A stretch of DNA of 60,531 bases. Origin: Candidatus Scatovivens sp. Its GTDB lineage: Bacteria > Bacillota > Clostridia > TANB77 > CAG-508. Within the stretch, counting starts at the first letter, position 1, and each line of letters starts with the position of its first letter. The position numbers and the translations under genes are program-made. The stretch covers positions 1 to 60,531 of the forward strand of contig JAZRKN010000002.1 in assembly GCA_045646345.1 (NCBI GenBank), in the 5' to 3' direction. The notes beneath the pieces are model-generated. The model was given only the letters and a program-made list of their open reading frames with translations, ran no database searches and had not been told where the DNA came from. This document shows positions 20,867 to 30,839 of this stretch, piece after piece.

Positions 20867-21937
20867 TTACATTTCTAAATAAGTTTCTAATATTTTTTTA
20901 TCTCTTTTTACAATAAATTTTGTATAATACACAGATTTTTTATTTTCTTCACATGGTGATGCAACAATTTTATCAAAACATTCCGTTATTAAACTTAAAG
21001 CTTTATTGGGTTCTTCCCAAAATAATCGTGCACCTTCTTTTTCTTCTTGCTCAGTAACATGCAAACTATTTGTATCTTTAATTACTTTTGCAATATACAC
21101 ATAAGAAGTTTGTTTAAAATCATCTTGGGTTTTTAATTCATTAATAGTTCCGAGAAAATCTATTATTTCAACAATACAACCTGTTTCTTCAAAGCACTCT
21201 CTTTTAAATGCTTCTGCAGTTGACTCTCCTTCATCTACACCACCACCAGGTAATTTGTATTCATTTTTAGTTTTTTTATTAAATACAGCAATTTTCCCGT
21301 CATCTCTTAATACAATTCCTCTTGCTCCATATCTTAATCTATATTTTTCTACTGTTCTTGAAACTTCTCCTATATCTTCGTCTTTTATTTCAGCAATTAG
21401 ATTTATTTTTTCAAAATATTTATTTGAAAAATTTATTAATCTATCTACATTTCCATCAATTTGTTTTATCAAATTTCTAGCTTCATTATATGCCAAATCA
21501 AATTGTTTTTTAGTTATTTTATTTTCGTCTAAAGCTTCTTTTAATTCATCTTCATCTAGTAATTTAATCTTGTTGTCCGGAGTCATCAGAACATCTAAAT
21601 ATAAGTCTTCAAAATACGGATTGTTATCTTTAATTCCAACACAATTTATAACATCAAAATACCAGTCTAATATATTATTTTCTTTATCATATCCTACAGT
21701 CATTGCTATATTCGAATCTTCAGGATAGAACTCAAGCCATTTACAACCGTTTTCTGTTGTTCCAAAATAATTTTCATCACCACTTCTATCTGGTTGATTT
21801 GTTTTTAAAATATGTATTTGACTTAAATAACCTTTATACTCACCATCATCAATATACATAGTTTTAAAATTTTTTTCTTCAACATATTTCATTGGAAAAT
21901 CTGCATATTTTAATATCATAAAAATCTCCTTTTCCAT
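20867..21937 (-). CDS. DUF402-domain / Nudix hydrolase fusion
   Basis: WYFDV, DLYLDV, LLDEDEL (DUF402) followed by GGGVDEGESTAEAFKRECFEETG Nudix box. Confidence 0.85.
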   Translation of the reverse strand: MEKEIFMILKYADFPMKYVEEKNFKTMYIDDGEYKGYLSQIHILKTNQPDRSGDENYFGTTENGCKWLEFYPEDSNIAMTVGYDKENNILDWYFDVINCVGIKDNNPYFEDLYLDVLMTPDNKIKLLDEDELKEALDENKITKKQFDLAYNEARNLIKQIDGNVDRLINFSNKYFEKINLIAEIKDEDIGEVSRTVEKYRLRYGARGIVLRDDGKIAVFNKKTKNEYKLPGGGVDEGESTAEAFKRECFEETGCIVEIIDFLGTINELKTQDDFKQTSYVYIAKVIKDTNSLHVTEQEEKEGARLFWEEPNKALSLITECFDKIVASPCEENKKSVYYTKFIVKRDKKILETYLEM

Positions 21938-21999
21938 AAATTTAAATATATTTTCAGCAATCTAAATATTTGCACAGTTATTTTAAATAATTGTGTTAA

Positions 22000-22722
22000 T
22001 TATTGCATTTCCTTATTAATTACATCTAACATTTCAGTAAAATTATTAAATCTAATATTAGCAAGGCTATTTATTTTTTCTCTATTTCCATCAGAATATT
22101 TATCATATATAGTAACAAATTCAATTCCTGCATTAATAGCAGCTTCAATTCCTATTAAAGAATCTTCTATTATTAAACATTCTTCTGGATTTACTTTTAA
22201 CTCATCTAATATTTTATAATGTATTTCTGGATCTGGTTTTAATTTTTTAACAGAACCTTTTGAATATATTAAAGAAAAATATTTATCAAGTGGTGCTTTC
22301 TTTATTATATTTTGATTTTCTTCTATATAAGTTTTTATTGTATGGTCATTCGTTGTAGTAGCTAGAACTAGAATAAATTCTTTTTCTTTTAATAGTTTTA
22401 AAACATTTTCCGCATCTGGTTTGTAATCTATAATATTTTTCAAATAATTTGCTGCAATTTCATATCTTAATTTTTTAATTTCTTCTTTTGATAAATCTGA
22501 TTGATATTTTTCTCCCAAAAAACCACAATATTCTAAATACATATCTTCTGAATTATTAAATTCTTTTAATTTTTCATCTCTTTGTTTCCCTATATCAATT
22601 CCATCAAAATCGATTTTTCCTATATTTCCTATAAGTTCTTTATCAATTTCATTCCAAACACCTATTGAATCAATTAAAGTTCCATCTAAATCAAATATTA
22701 TAACTTTTTTATTTTCTAACAT
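22000..22722 (-). CDS. HAD-family phosphatase
   Basis: FDLDGTL, ATT, KPDP, IEDS. Confidence 0.92.
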   Translation of the reverse strand: MLENKKVIIFDLDGTLIDSIGVWNEIDKELIGNIGKIDFDGIDIGKQRDEKLKEFNNSEDMYLEYCGFLGEKYQSDLSKEEIKKLRYEIAANYLKNIIDYKPDAENVLKLLKEKEFILVLATTTNDHTIKTYIEENQNIIKKAPLDKYFSLIYSKGSVKKLKPDPEIHYKILDELKVNPEECLIIEDSLIGIEAAINAGIEFVTIYDKYSDGNREKINSLANIRFNNFTEMLDVINKEMQ

Positions 22723-22740
22723 TTTAATTTACCTTTCAAT

Positions 22741-23289
22741 CTATTTCTTCCAGTCAATTATATATTCCCAACCTGGTTGCCAGTTTTTTGTTTTTCTCCA
22801 ATCTTCTGCAATCGCTTGTTCCCAATTTTTCCCTTGAGTTAACACTTGAATTGCTAGTTGTGGTGCTTTATGAGCAACAATTGCAATATGTTTTCCTTCA
22901 TAATTTTCTAGCAAATAATCTCCAAACTCTTTTATTCTTTTTTCAACATCTAGCATAGATTCTCCTTCTGGAAATCTTTCTTCTATATGTTCTTCATATA
23001 CAACTAAGCTTGTATCTTTTCCATCAAATAATCCATAATTACATTCTCTTAATCTTTTGTCATGATAAATAGTTTTTTCTCCTCCGAAAACTATTTCTGA
23101 AGAATCTATTGCTCTTTTTAAATCTGAACAAAAAACAACATCTATTTCATCCATATTTATTTTTTCTTTTAAAGATTTTGCTTGTTCAATTCCTTTTGGA
23201 GATAATTCACCTGGAAGCCATCCAGTTGATCTATGTTCTAAATTATCATAAGTTGTACCATGTACAAAATAAGTTATTTTTACAGCCAT
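22741..23289 (-). CDS. Histidine phosphatase family protein
   Basis: VHG (for RHG), SDLKRA, LRECNYG, GES, VAH. Confidence 0.85.
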   Translation of the reverse strand: MAVKITYFVHGTTYDNLEHRSTGWLPGELSPKGIEQAKSLKEKINMDEIDVVFCSDLKRAIDSSEIVFGGEKTIYHDKRLRECNYGLFDGKDTSLVVYEEHIEERFPEGESMLDVEKRIKEFGDYLLENYEGKHIAIVAHKAPQLAIQVLTQGKNWEQAIAEDWRKTKNWQPGWEYIIDWKK

Positions 23290-23348
23290 TGTTTCTCTCC
23301 TTTTCTTTAAATATTATAAGTATTTTTTCAAAAAAGATTCTTATTTTC

Positions 23349-24242
23349 TTAGTTTTCTATATATTCTAAAATCTGTTCTTTATGTATACTCCAAAATTCT
23401 TTTAAATCATCATGTGTTAGCAGTTCTTCAACTTGTTCAAAATCTATCCATTCAAGTTCTTCTTTTAAATTTTCTGGAATTTCTTCATTTAGAACGCCTT
23501 CGTCTTGAGCCAAATATAAATATGTATCTACATTTTCGCCTTTTTTAGTTATATAGCTTAATATTCCTAATTCATTTTTTGAAACAATTTTAATCTTTCT
23601 ACCAGTTTCTTCTTCTGTTTCTCTTTTAGCACATTCTATTAAAGTTTCTCCATTTTCTAAATGCCCTTTAGCAAAAGAATAATCTGCTTGTTTTTTTCTA
23701 AATACTAATCCAATTTTTCTATTTTCTTTATTTACTAAAACACAACCAGCTTTTAATACTTTTTTAGATTCACCTAATCTATACTCAAAGTTAAAAATAT
23801 TTTCTTCTTCATCTACTTTTACTTTAATATGAAAATTATATTTTTCATCATATAATGCTTTATTAAATTGGGGTTCTAGCATTAATAAATTAGATAAAAT
23901 ATTTTCTTTATTTAAAAGTTCATTAATTTCAATCCATTCTGATGTATTTTCATCAAAATTTTCTGGTGTTCCAATATATTTTCTAGCAATAAAAACTTCA
24001 AAGTAAAATTTTCTTTCTGGATAGTCTACTTCAAAAATTCCTTTTTTTACTAACTCAGAAACTTCAAGTCCTGTTTCTTCTTTTACTTCGCGTATTGCTG
24101 CTTCTTCTGCTGTTTCTCCATCTTCAATTTTTCCACCAGGAATATCATAATAGCCAACTTTTCTTCCTTGAAGATATTTTGTTATAACAATTTTTCCATT
24201 TTCAATTATCAAACATTTTGCAGCTCTTCTTATTGGTTTCAT
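23349..24242 (-). CDS. Tandem double-Nudix hydrolase
   Basis: Two complete Nudix boxes: GGKIEDGETAEEAAIREVKEETG and KGHLENGETLIECAKRETEEETG. Confidence 0.9.
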   Translation of the reverse strand: MKPIRRAAKCLIIENGKIVITKYLQGRKVGYYDIPGGKIEDGETAEEAAIREVKEETGLEVSELVKKGIFEVDYPERKFYFEVFIARKYIGTPENFDENTSEWIEINELLNKENILSNLLMLEPQFNKALYDEKYNFHIKVKVDEEENIFNFEYRLGESKKVLKAGCVLVNKENRKIGLVFRKKQADYSFAKGHLENGETLIECAKRETEEETGRKIKIVSKNELGILSYITKKGENVDTYLYLAQDEGVLNEEIPENLKEELEWIDFEQVEELLTHDDLKEFWSIHKEQILEYIEN

Positions 24243-24262
24243 AATATCCCTTCTTTCATTAA

Positions 24263-24835
24263 CTATACTAATTTGCTTTTTATTATTTCTAACGCTTTTT
24301 TTCTAGCACTAATTTCATTTTTTTCTTCAAATGTTAATTCTGCTAATGTTTTTCCATTTTCTAATTCAAAAATCTCATCAAAACCAAATCCGTTATCTCC
24401 TCTTACATTTTCAGAAACATAACCATCAATTTTAGCAACTCCCGTATACACAGTATCACCTTCAGCCAAAGCTATTGCAGTTGTAAAAGTAATCTTCCTT
24501 TTTGATTTTTCTACACCTTGTAATTTTTTTATTATTTCTAAATTTCTTTCTCTATCTGTTCCAGCATGCCATCTTTTTGTAAAAACTCCTGGAAAACCAT
24601 CTAAAAATTCAATTTCTATTCCAGAATCATCTGATATACACATTTTACCATTTAATTCTTTTGATATTACTACCGCCTTTTTTATTGCATTTTCTTCAAA
24701 TGTTTCTTTATCCTCTTCTACATCAATATCAACACCAAGTTCTTTTATAGGAATAATTTTATACCCCTCTAAAATTTCTTGGGCCTCTTTTATTTTTCCT
24801 TTATTGCCTGAGGCAATTATAATTTCTTTTTCCAT
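24263..24835 (-). CDS. rdgB: RdgB/Ham1 dITP/XTP pyrophosphatase
   Basis: ASGNKGK, TFEENA..KA, DDSG, GFPG, GFGFD, KNEISAR. Confidence 0.85.
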   Translation of the reverse strand: MEKEIIIASGNKGKIKEAQEILEGYKIIPIKELGVDIDVEEDKETFEENAIKKAVVISKELNGKMCISDDSGIEIEFLDGFPGVFTKRWHAGTDRERNLEIIKKLQGVEKSKRKITFTTAIALAEGDTVYTGVAKIDGYVSENVRGDNGFGFDEIFELENGKTLAELTFEEKNEISARKKALEIIKSKLV

Positions 24836-24889
24836 TTTGTTTATCTCCTTTTTAGTTTTCTAAATTATATGTTTATTTTTTTATAATAT

Positions 24890-25402
24890 TTAATCCAAAT
24901 CATATCCAAATCCAACTTCTGAATATTGTTTACCACCAAATTCAGCATAATGTTCACAATCAATCAACTTGCCTCCAACTTTTTCATAAAATTTTCTTGA
25001 AGCATAATTATCTCTTAAACACCATAAAATCATCTTATATTTTCCATGTTTTTTCATGTCATTTTTTGCATGATTTATTAATGTTTTTCCAATTCCATTC
25101 CCTTTTAATTCTGGTTTTACATATAATGCCATAATCTCACAATCATAATCATCCCCATCTTTGGAAATTACTTCGTAATAATATCTACAAAATCCTACAA
25201 TTTCATTATTAATTTCAGCAACAATAAATGGAGAATCTTTATACGTCGATTTTCTTTTTTGAATTCTTTCTTCTCTATTCATTGAATCTAAAAATTTTTG
25301 ATCAATTATTCCTTCATATGCATTTTTCCAAGCAGATATTTGAATATCTACAATAGCTTCAATATCATTTTCATTTATATTTCTAATTATAATTTCTTCC
25401 AT
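24890..25402 (-). CDS. GNAT acetyltransferase
   Basis: LYVKP..KGNGIG, N..SRKFYEK.GG. Confidence 0.9.
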   Translation of the reverse strand: MEEIIIRNINENDIEAIVDIQISAWKNAYEGIIDQKFLDSMNREERIQKRKSTYKDSPFIVAEINNEIVGFCRYYYEVISKDGDDYDCEIMALYVKPELKGNGIGKTLINHAKNDMKKHGKYKMILWCLRDNYASRKFYEKVGGKLIDCEHYAEFGGKQYSEVGFGYDLD

Positions 25403-25436
25403 ATCAGAATTACTCCTTATAATTCTTCATCTTTTT

Positions 25437-25784
25437 CTAATCTTCTCTTGAATTTCCTTTTAATGCCACCCCAATTATATATATAATCCACATTACAATC
25501 GTTATAATTAAACATGGAAAAAAACTAACAAATATTCCTATTAAAGGTAATATAGAAAAAAACGACATTATACTGAAAATCACATAAAACACAAAGACTC
25601 CTAAATTTTGTGCTATAGCCTCTCCACATAAAATTATTAATTCATTGAACGGTAACAGTTGATTTACAACTAGCATTCCACCAATAATTGATCCAAAATA
25701 AAATATAGCCATTGTCAAAATATATAATATTACACTTGTTTTAGAGTTTATTACTCTATGAAAAAGACTTCTTTTTTCTTCCAT
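25437..25784 (-). CDS. Small membrane protein
   Basis: Three hydrophobic segments, AGGAG RBS. Confidence 0.65.
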   Translation of the reverse strand: MEEKRSLFHRVINSKTSVILYILTMAIFYFGSIIGGMLVVNQLLPFNELIILCGEAIAQNLGVFVFYVIFSIMSFFSILPLIGIFVSFFPCLIITIVMWIIYIIGVALKGNSRED

Positions 25785-25812
25785 ATTTTTCTCCTATCTT
25801 TCGTGTTATTTA

Positions 25813-26514
25813 TTATCTTCTAGTTAATAGTTCAAGTTCTTCCTTCAAAAGTTCTCTTGATTCGCCTTTATTTAAATCTACTGGAAGTTTTAATCCTCCC
25901 ATTGCAGTTCTATGTAGTTTAGTAACTTTCGCACCAAAGCACCCAAACATTCTCTTAATTTGATGATATCTTCCTTCTGTTAAAACTACTATAGCTGTAT
26001 TATCACCAGTAATTTCTAATTGCGCTTTTTTACAAATACCATCATTTAACTCTACACCATTTTCAAATCCTTGTTTCATTTCTTCTGTTACTTTAATATC
26101 AATCTCCACTTCATATGTTTTGCTTATATGTTTTTTTGGAGCTAAAATATTATGTGCAAATACACCGTCATCTGTTATAATCATCATTCCAGTTGTATCT
26201 TTATCTAATCTTCCAGCGGGAAATAATTCTCGGTGTGAATATTTCTCATCGATTAAATCTAATACTGTTTTTTGAGTTCTATCTTCTGTTGCAGAAATAT
26301 ATCCTTCTGGCTTATTTAAAATTAAATAAATATTTTTTTGAACATCAATCTCTTTTCCATCTATAGAAATTACATCTTTATTTTCATCTATTTTTATATC
26401 AGATTTAAAAATTAATTCTCCATTTAATCTTACTCTTTTTTGAAAAACTAATTTTTTTACATCTTTCCTAGAATATTCGGTTTGGGCACTTATAATTTTA
26501 TCAATTCTTTCCAT
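25813..26514 (-). CDS. RsuA-family rRNA pseudouridine synthase
   Basis: S4 domain (RIDK), LNKP.G, GRLDKDTTG, EGRYHQIKRM; start at ATG 26514 behind GGAG. Confidence 0.93.
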   Translation of the reverse strand: MERIDKIISAQTEYSRKDVKKLVFQKRVRLNGELIFKSDIKIDENKDVISIDGKEIDVQKNIYLILNKPEGYISATEDRTQKTVLDLIDEKYSHRELFPAGRLDKDTTGMMIITDDGVFAHNILAPKKHISKTYEVEIDIKVTEEMKQGFENGVELNDGICKKAQLEITGDNTAIVVLTEGRYHQIKRMFGCFGAKVTKLHRTAMGGLKLPVDLNKGESRELLKEELELLTRR

Positions 26515-26604
26515 ACTTTTCTCCACTTTATTTTCCTTTAAAATAATATCATATCTCCCTTCTGTTTGCAATGTTTGAAGCCAAACTAACTTAATAAAAA
26601 GTTG

Positions 26605-26632
26605 AAAGCTCGGAGAAAAATCTCCGAGCTTT
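26605..26632. terminator. Hairpin downstream of esterase gene
   Basis: aaagctcggaga-aaaa-tctccgagcttt. Confidence 0.75.
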
Positions 26633-26647
26633 TTTGAGGAATAATAA

Positions 26648-27586
26648 TTATTTTTTTAGCATCCACTCCACCAAATCAGAATTGGAATTACCATCATTAT
26701 CCAAGTTGAATGCGATATACGGTAAATCTCCATGAGAAGACTGAATGGAAAATACATTATCTTTTCCGAATGTTTCCAAAAGATGAGACATCGTATAATT
26801 CACACTCGTGCCATCTTCACCGGCACCAGTAGTTCCTACATAAGCAATAGTAGGAATCGTTATTTCTTTAATGTCTACTCCAGGATTATATCCACTCAAA
26901 ACCACACATTTCTTGAAATATTCTTTCAACTCATGTGCCATATACTGCGCACCTTGTCCTCCAAGGCTATGTCCCACAATAATGATCCGTTCTGCATCAA
27001 TGTTGTGTTGATTGATAAAAGTATCCAACAGATTCTTCAGATTGTTTTTAGTGTTTTCTGCATTCCATCTACCAGTATTCCAATTACCAGACAAATGCGG
27101 ACAAATAATATAAGCATTAAAACCATTTAATACCCATTTACTCATCACATCGGGTAATCCTCTTACCATAAAAATATCTTCAGATTTGCCGACTTCACCA
27201 GAACCATGAAGCCATACAATAAGAGGAGTTTTCTTTGTTACATCAATGGTAGATGGGGTATATAACATATAAGGCATCACCTCATCACCAGGATTGTACT
27301 TACTTTCAAAAGTTATCTCAGCGTTAAAATAATCTTCATAATACTCACTGTATGTTTCTTCTGGTATTTCTTCGACAGGTTCGATAGTTTCCTCAGCAGA
27401 AAGTGTTTCAAAAATCACTTTATTTTCTACTTTCGGAAAATCTACTATTTGAATATCTTTAATTTCTCCTTCCAAATTCGATGTTTCATTTGCTACATTT
27501 GCGAAGCTCCGAACAGATTCTTGTACAGCAAATATGCCGATTACCAGCACACATGCTAACAAAAAACTTATTATTCGTTCCTTCAT
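26648..27586 (-). CDS. Secreted/anchored alpha/beta hydrolase (esterase or peptidase)
   Basis: Signal peptide, PLIVWLHGSGE, GHSLGG nucleophile elbow; higher GC than flanks. Confidence 0.82.
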   Translation of the reverse strand: MKERIISFLLACVLVIGIFAVQESVRSFANVANETSNLEGEIKDIQIVDFPKVENKVIFETLSAEETIEPVEEIPEETYSEYYEDYFNAEITFESKYNPGDEVMPYMLYTPSTIDVTKKTPLIVWLHGSGEVGKSEDIFMVRGLPDVMSKWVLNGFNAYIICPHLSGNWNTGRWNAENTKNNLKNLLDTFINQHNIDAERIIIVGHSLGGQGAQYMAHELKEYFKKCVVLSGYNPGVDIKEITIPTIAYVGTTGAGEDGTSVNYTMSHLLETFGKDNVFSIQSSHGDLPYIAFNLDNDGNSNSDLVEWMLKK

Positions 27587-27635
27587 AAAATTCCTCCTGC
27601 CATTAGGCTATATTTGGTTTTTTAACCATACTTAT

Positions 27636-27664
27636 ATTATACCACATTTACATAATATTCTCAA
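27636..27664 (-). promoter_or_regulatory. Sigma-A promoter of esterase gene
   Basis: TTGAGA-17-TATAAT with extended TG. Confidence 0.7.
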
Positions 27665-27712
27665 ATCCTACTCACTCTACAAAAAATGGAAGCATTTCTG
27701 CTCCCATTTTTA

Positions 27713-28627
27713 TTATTTACTTATATATTCTTCATAACCATATTCTGATGAAGTTCCTTCTAGATCTTTAATAGATAATCCTATTTTCATCTTTTCTGTA
27801 TCTATGTTTATAATTTTGGCATTAACTTTTTGTCCTAATTTTAATTCATCTTCAGGTTTTACAACTCTTTTTAAAGTTGTTATTTCTGAATTATGCACTA
27901 AACCTTCTAAACCTTTCTCTATTTCAACAAAAGCTCCAAATGGTGCAAATTTAACAACTTCACAAGTCACAACATCACTAACATTATATTTACTTGCTAA
28001 AGCAAACCAAGGATTTTCTCCTTTTTCAGGATATTCTAATGCAATTTTTCTTTCTTGTTTATCAAATGATTTTACTTTTACCTCTATAACATCATTTACT
28101 TTAAATTTATCTTCTAATTTTTCTGATTTATCCCATACAAGTTCTGATTTGTGAGCTAATCCATTTGTAACACCTAAATCAACAAATATACCATAATCAG
28201 TAATTTTTGAAATTGTTCCTGAAAATACTTTTCCTTCTTCTAATTTATCCCAAAATTCTGCAATTGTTTTTGCTCTTTCTTGTTTTTCTTTTTTTATTGC
28301 TTCCGCTTGTCTTATTTTTTCTTCTTTTTCTTTTTGAGCAGCATTTCTTTTTTGATAGCTTTTATATGATAAAAGAACATTTCCTGTTCCATCATTCCAT
28401 TTTAATACATCAGCTGTAATTGTATCTCCTGGTTTAAATTCATTCTCTGGATTTGCATTTTCATCATCAGAATATTCTTTTCTTGGAATAATTCCATCTA
28501 CATTATATTTAAAATCTACAAAAATTTCTCCTTTTCTAGATATTTGAATTACTGTTCCTGTAACTGTTTTATCAAATCTTTTACTGTTTAAAGATTGATT
28601 AAATAATTCTTCAAAATTTTCTGTCAT
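27713..28627 (-). CDS. S1 RNA-binding domain protein (ribosomal protein S1-like, three S1 repeats)
   Basis: NFEELF start, DYGIFVDLG..GLAH.SE, FGAFVE..GLEGLVHNSE, IGLSIK. Confidence 0.85.
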   Translation of the reverse strand: MTENFEELFNQSLNSKRFDKTVTGTVIQISRKGEIFVDFKYNVDGIIPRKEYSDDENANPENEFKPGDTITADVLKWNDGTGNVLLSYKSYQKRNAAQKEKEEKIRQAEAIKKEKQERAKTIAEFWDKLEEGKVFSGTISKITDYGIFVDLGVTNGLAHKSELVWDKSEKLEDKFKVNDVIEVKVKSFDKQERKIALEYPEKGENPWFALASKYNVSDVVTCEVVKFAPFGAFVEIEKGLEGLVHNSEITTLKRVVKPEDELKLGQKVNAKIINIDTEKMKIGLSIKDLEGTSSEYGYEEYISK

Positions 28628-28759
28628 AATCTGACCTTCCTTTCTTGTATATAAATTGCAACTTTAAAAATTGCAATTACATTTGTATAAAAAAGATATA
28701 TTATCTTTAATTTCAATAAAAATAATATATCACATAAACTTTCTTTTCACAATATTTTT

Positions 28760-29512
28760 TTAATTTCCACTTATAAATTCTAAAATTGCATTTGATGTTT
28801 GAATAATTTGTTCTTCATTAGAAATATTAGCTTCACCATCACCATCTTGTTTTCCATACATCCCAAAATAAGCATGGCATCCACCATCAATTATATGTTC
28901 TGTATAGCCAAATGGTAAATTTTCTTTATTACTTTCATAACTTTCATAATTCATAATCTTGTCTTCACTTCCATATATAGAAAGAACTTTTAAATTATCA
29001 TCACACAAATTTGTTGTAGAATAAGAAGCAAGCAATATTAGTCCATAAAAATCATCTTTGTTTTCAGATAAATATGACGCAGCCATTGCACCTCCGAGAG
29101 AATGTCCTCCTATATACCACTTTTCAATTTCCGGAAATTTTTCTTTTATTCCTTCTGCAGCATTAATATCTAAAACAGCTAAATTACATGGCATTTCAAC
29201 TAATACACACATAATTCCTTTTGATGCTAATAACTGCATTAAAGGGATATAAGATTTATACTCTACTTTTCCTCCAGGATAAAAAATAAAACCACAACTA
29301 GAATTTTCTGCTTTAAATATTAGAGTATTATCCTCTATTCTTTCAGTTTCTATCACGTTATCAATCATAAAGTTTTCTATTCTCTCCATATCAGCGCGAT
29401 AAAAATCATTAATATATATAACACATGTTATTATTAAACTTGCAATTAAAATCACAAAAATCAAACTTATTTTGACTATTTTGCTTTTTTTCTTATCTTT
29501 ATACTCGATCAT
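28760..29512 (-). CDS. Membrane-anchored alpha/beta hydrolase
   Basis: N-terminal TM, FYPGG, GGHSLGG, GSED, GGCHA.FG.YG.Q. Confidence 0.88.
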   Translation of the reverse strand: MIEYKDKKKSKIVKISLIFVILIASLIITCVIYINDFYRADMERIENFMIDNVIETERIEDNTLIFKAENSSCGFIFYPGGKVEYKSYIPLMQLLASKGIMCVLVEMPCNLAVLDINAAEGIKEKFPEIEKWYIGGHSLGGAMAASYLSENKDDFYGLILLASYSTTNLCDDNLKVLSIYGSEDKIMNYESYESNKENLPFGYTEHIIDGGCHAYFGMYGKQDGDGEANISNEEQIIQTSNAILEFISGN

Positions 29513-29602
29513 TATTTTCTCCTAAATTTTAATGATTATATTATATATCAAAAATGAAAAAATGGACAAGCATTTTGGCTCATCCACTTTTCAAGTGATA
29601 AA

Positions 29603-29905
29603 TTATTTTTCAGGATTGTACAGTTTCATCGTTCCGTCGGAATTATATAAAACAGACATTGCAAGCCCATCATCCTCTCGAACAACGGCATACATCACCA
29701 AAGTATCTGGGTCATATAATACTTGCGTATAATTCCCCAATTCACTTTGTTCTGACTCATAGAGTACGACTAATCCTTGAGAATCTACATCATCTACAAA
29801 GACTTCATCGAGAACAATACCGACAACTAATGCAACAACAATCAGAAGTATCGCTGTGACTGCGGCGAGGGCAAAAATCTTTTCTGCGCTAAACTGAGTA
29901 GTCAT
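29603..29905 (-). CDS. Small membrane-anchored protein, DUF6440-like
   Basis: TM helix then YDPDTLVMY...SVLYNSDG pattern; own promoter. Confidence 0.55.
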   Translation of the reverse strand: MTTQFSAEKIFALAAVTAILLIVVALVVGIVLDEVFVDDVDSQGLVVLYESEQSELGNYTQVLYDPDTLVMYAVVREDDGLAMSVLYNSDGTMKLYNPEK

Positions 29906-29942
29906 GAAAAAATATCCTCTTTCTTCAATAATTTATACCTTA

Positions 29943-29971
29943 ATTATACCATTTTTTTCATTTATGGTCAA
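29943..29971 (-). promoter_or_regulatory. Sigma-A promoter
   Basis: TTGACC-17-TATAAT with extended TG. Confidence 0.75.
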
Positions 29972-30022
29972 CATAATCAACATTTTATACTTTCCCTAAT
30001 ATCATATTTCTAGCTTAAAAAT

Positions 30023-30063
30023 AAATAACAGAGGCACCGGAAAATCCGGTGCCTCTGTTATTT
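30023..30063. terminator. Long perfect hairpin downstream of the 30089-30763 gene
   Basis: aaataacagaggcaccgga-aaa-tccggtgcctctgttattt, 19-bp stem. Confidence 0.85.
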
Positions 30064-30088
30064 GGCAATGTCACTTGCAGCTCATTGG

Positions 30089-30763
30089 TTAATCCCAATT
30101 CGCCAAAACATCGTCATGCCCCACGACATTTTCATTCAGCCAGTTGGCTGCCTTCTTCAGAAGATCGTCATGCCGCTTTCCAGAGGACTCGTATTCACCT
30201 GCCTTGTAAAGAACCTGACCGTCCGCAGAGTCTACTACACGAACAGACTGAGGTCCTTTGAAGGTCTTTTTATCCTCATAGCCATCCAGAACACGGTACC
30301 GGGGGAAAAGCTCCACATTATTACCGGTCAGGTAATAAAAATAGATTTCTCCTCTCATGCGGCCCTTGTTGTCCTTGATGTAGCAACGAGTATAATTGCT
30401 ACCGGGAATAAAATCCAAATCCCAACCATCAGGAAGGATCATGGCAGTCATACGTTCCATAGAATGTGCGTTCACTACACGGCTGGAACAAACCGCACCA
30501 GGAATTCTTCTTGCTTCCTTATTTCGCTTCTTCAGATTATTGATCAGCTCTCTGTCGATAGCATCGAGCGGTCCAAAAGTAATGCCCAGTTTTTTAAAGG
30601 TATCCATATCAGGAACCAGAGCATCCTTAGAGACCAGTCCAGACCGGATCAGAATCTTATGTGCCCAAATCAGTTCTTCTTGCAGACCCACATATGTGGT
30701 CATAAAGTCGCAGAAATCATTGGTATGCTCCAGAGTGTTTCTATAGTAAGTTCTAGTAGTCAT
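30089..30763 (-). CDS. Hypothetical protein, high GC, possibly phage-derived
   Basis: AGGAGG RBS, own promoter and terminator; one sampled 60-nt line is 50 percent GC. Confidence 0.75.
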   Translation of the reverse strand: MTTRTYYRNTLEHTNDFCDFMTTYVGLQEELIWAHKILIRSGLVSKDALVPDMDTFKKLGITFGPLDAIDRELINNLKKRNKEARRIPGAVCSSRVVNAHSMERMTAMILPDGWDLDFIPGSNYTRCYIKDNKGRMRGEIYFYYLTGNNVELFPRYRVLDGYEDKKTFKGPQSVRVVDSADGQVLYKAGEYESSGKRHDDLLKKAANWLNENVVGHDDVLANWD

Positions 30764-30839
30764 GTCATTTCCTCCTAATGTAACGGTGTTTGTTTGACTT
30801 ACTTCATTTGTGGGGTCGCTGGTATAAAGCTATACATAT

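Noticed and set aside
30062-30778. 238-aa plus-strand ORF as a real gene
   Set aside because: In-register antisense shadow of the minus-strand gene, which has the promoter, RBS and terminator; this ORF starts inside the hairpin with no RBS
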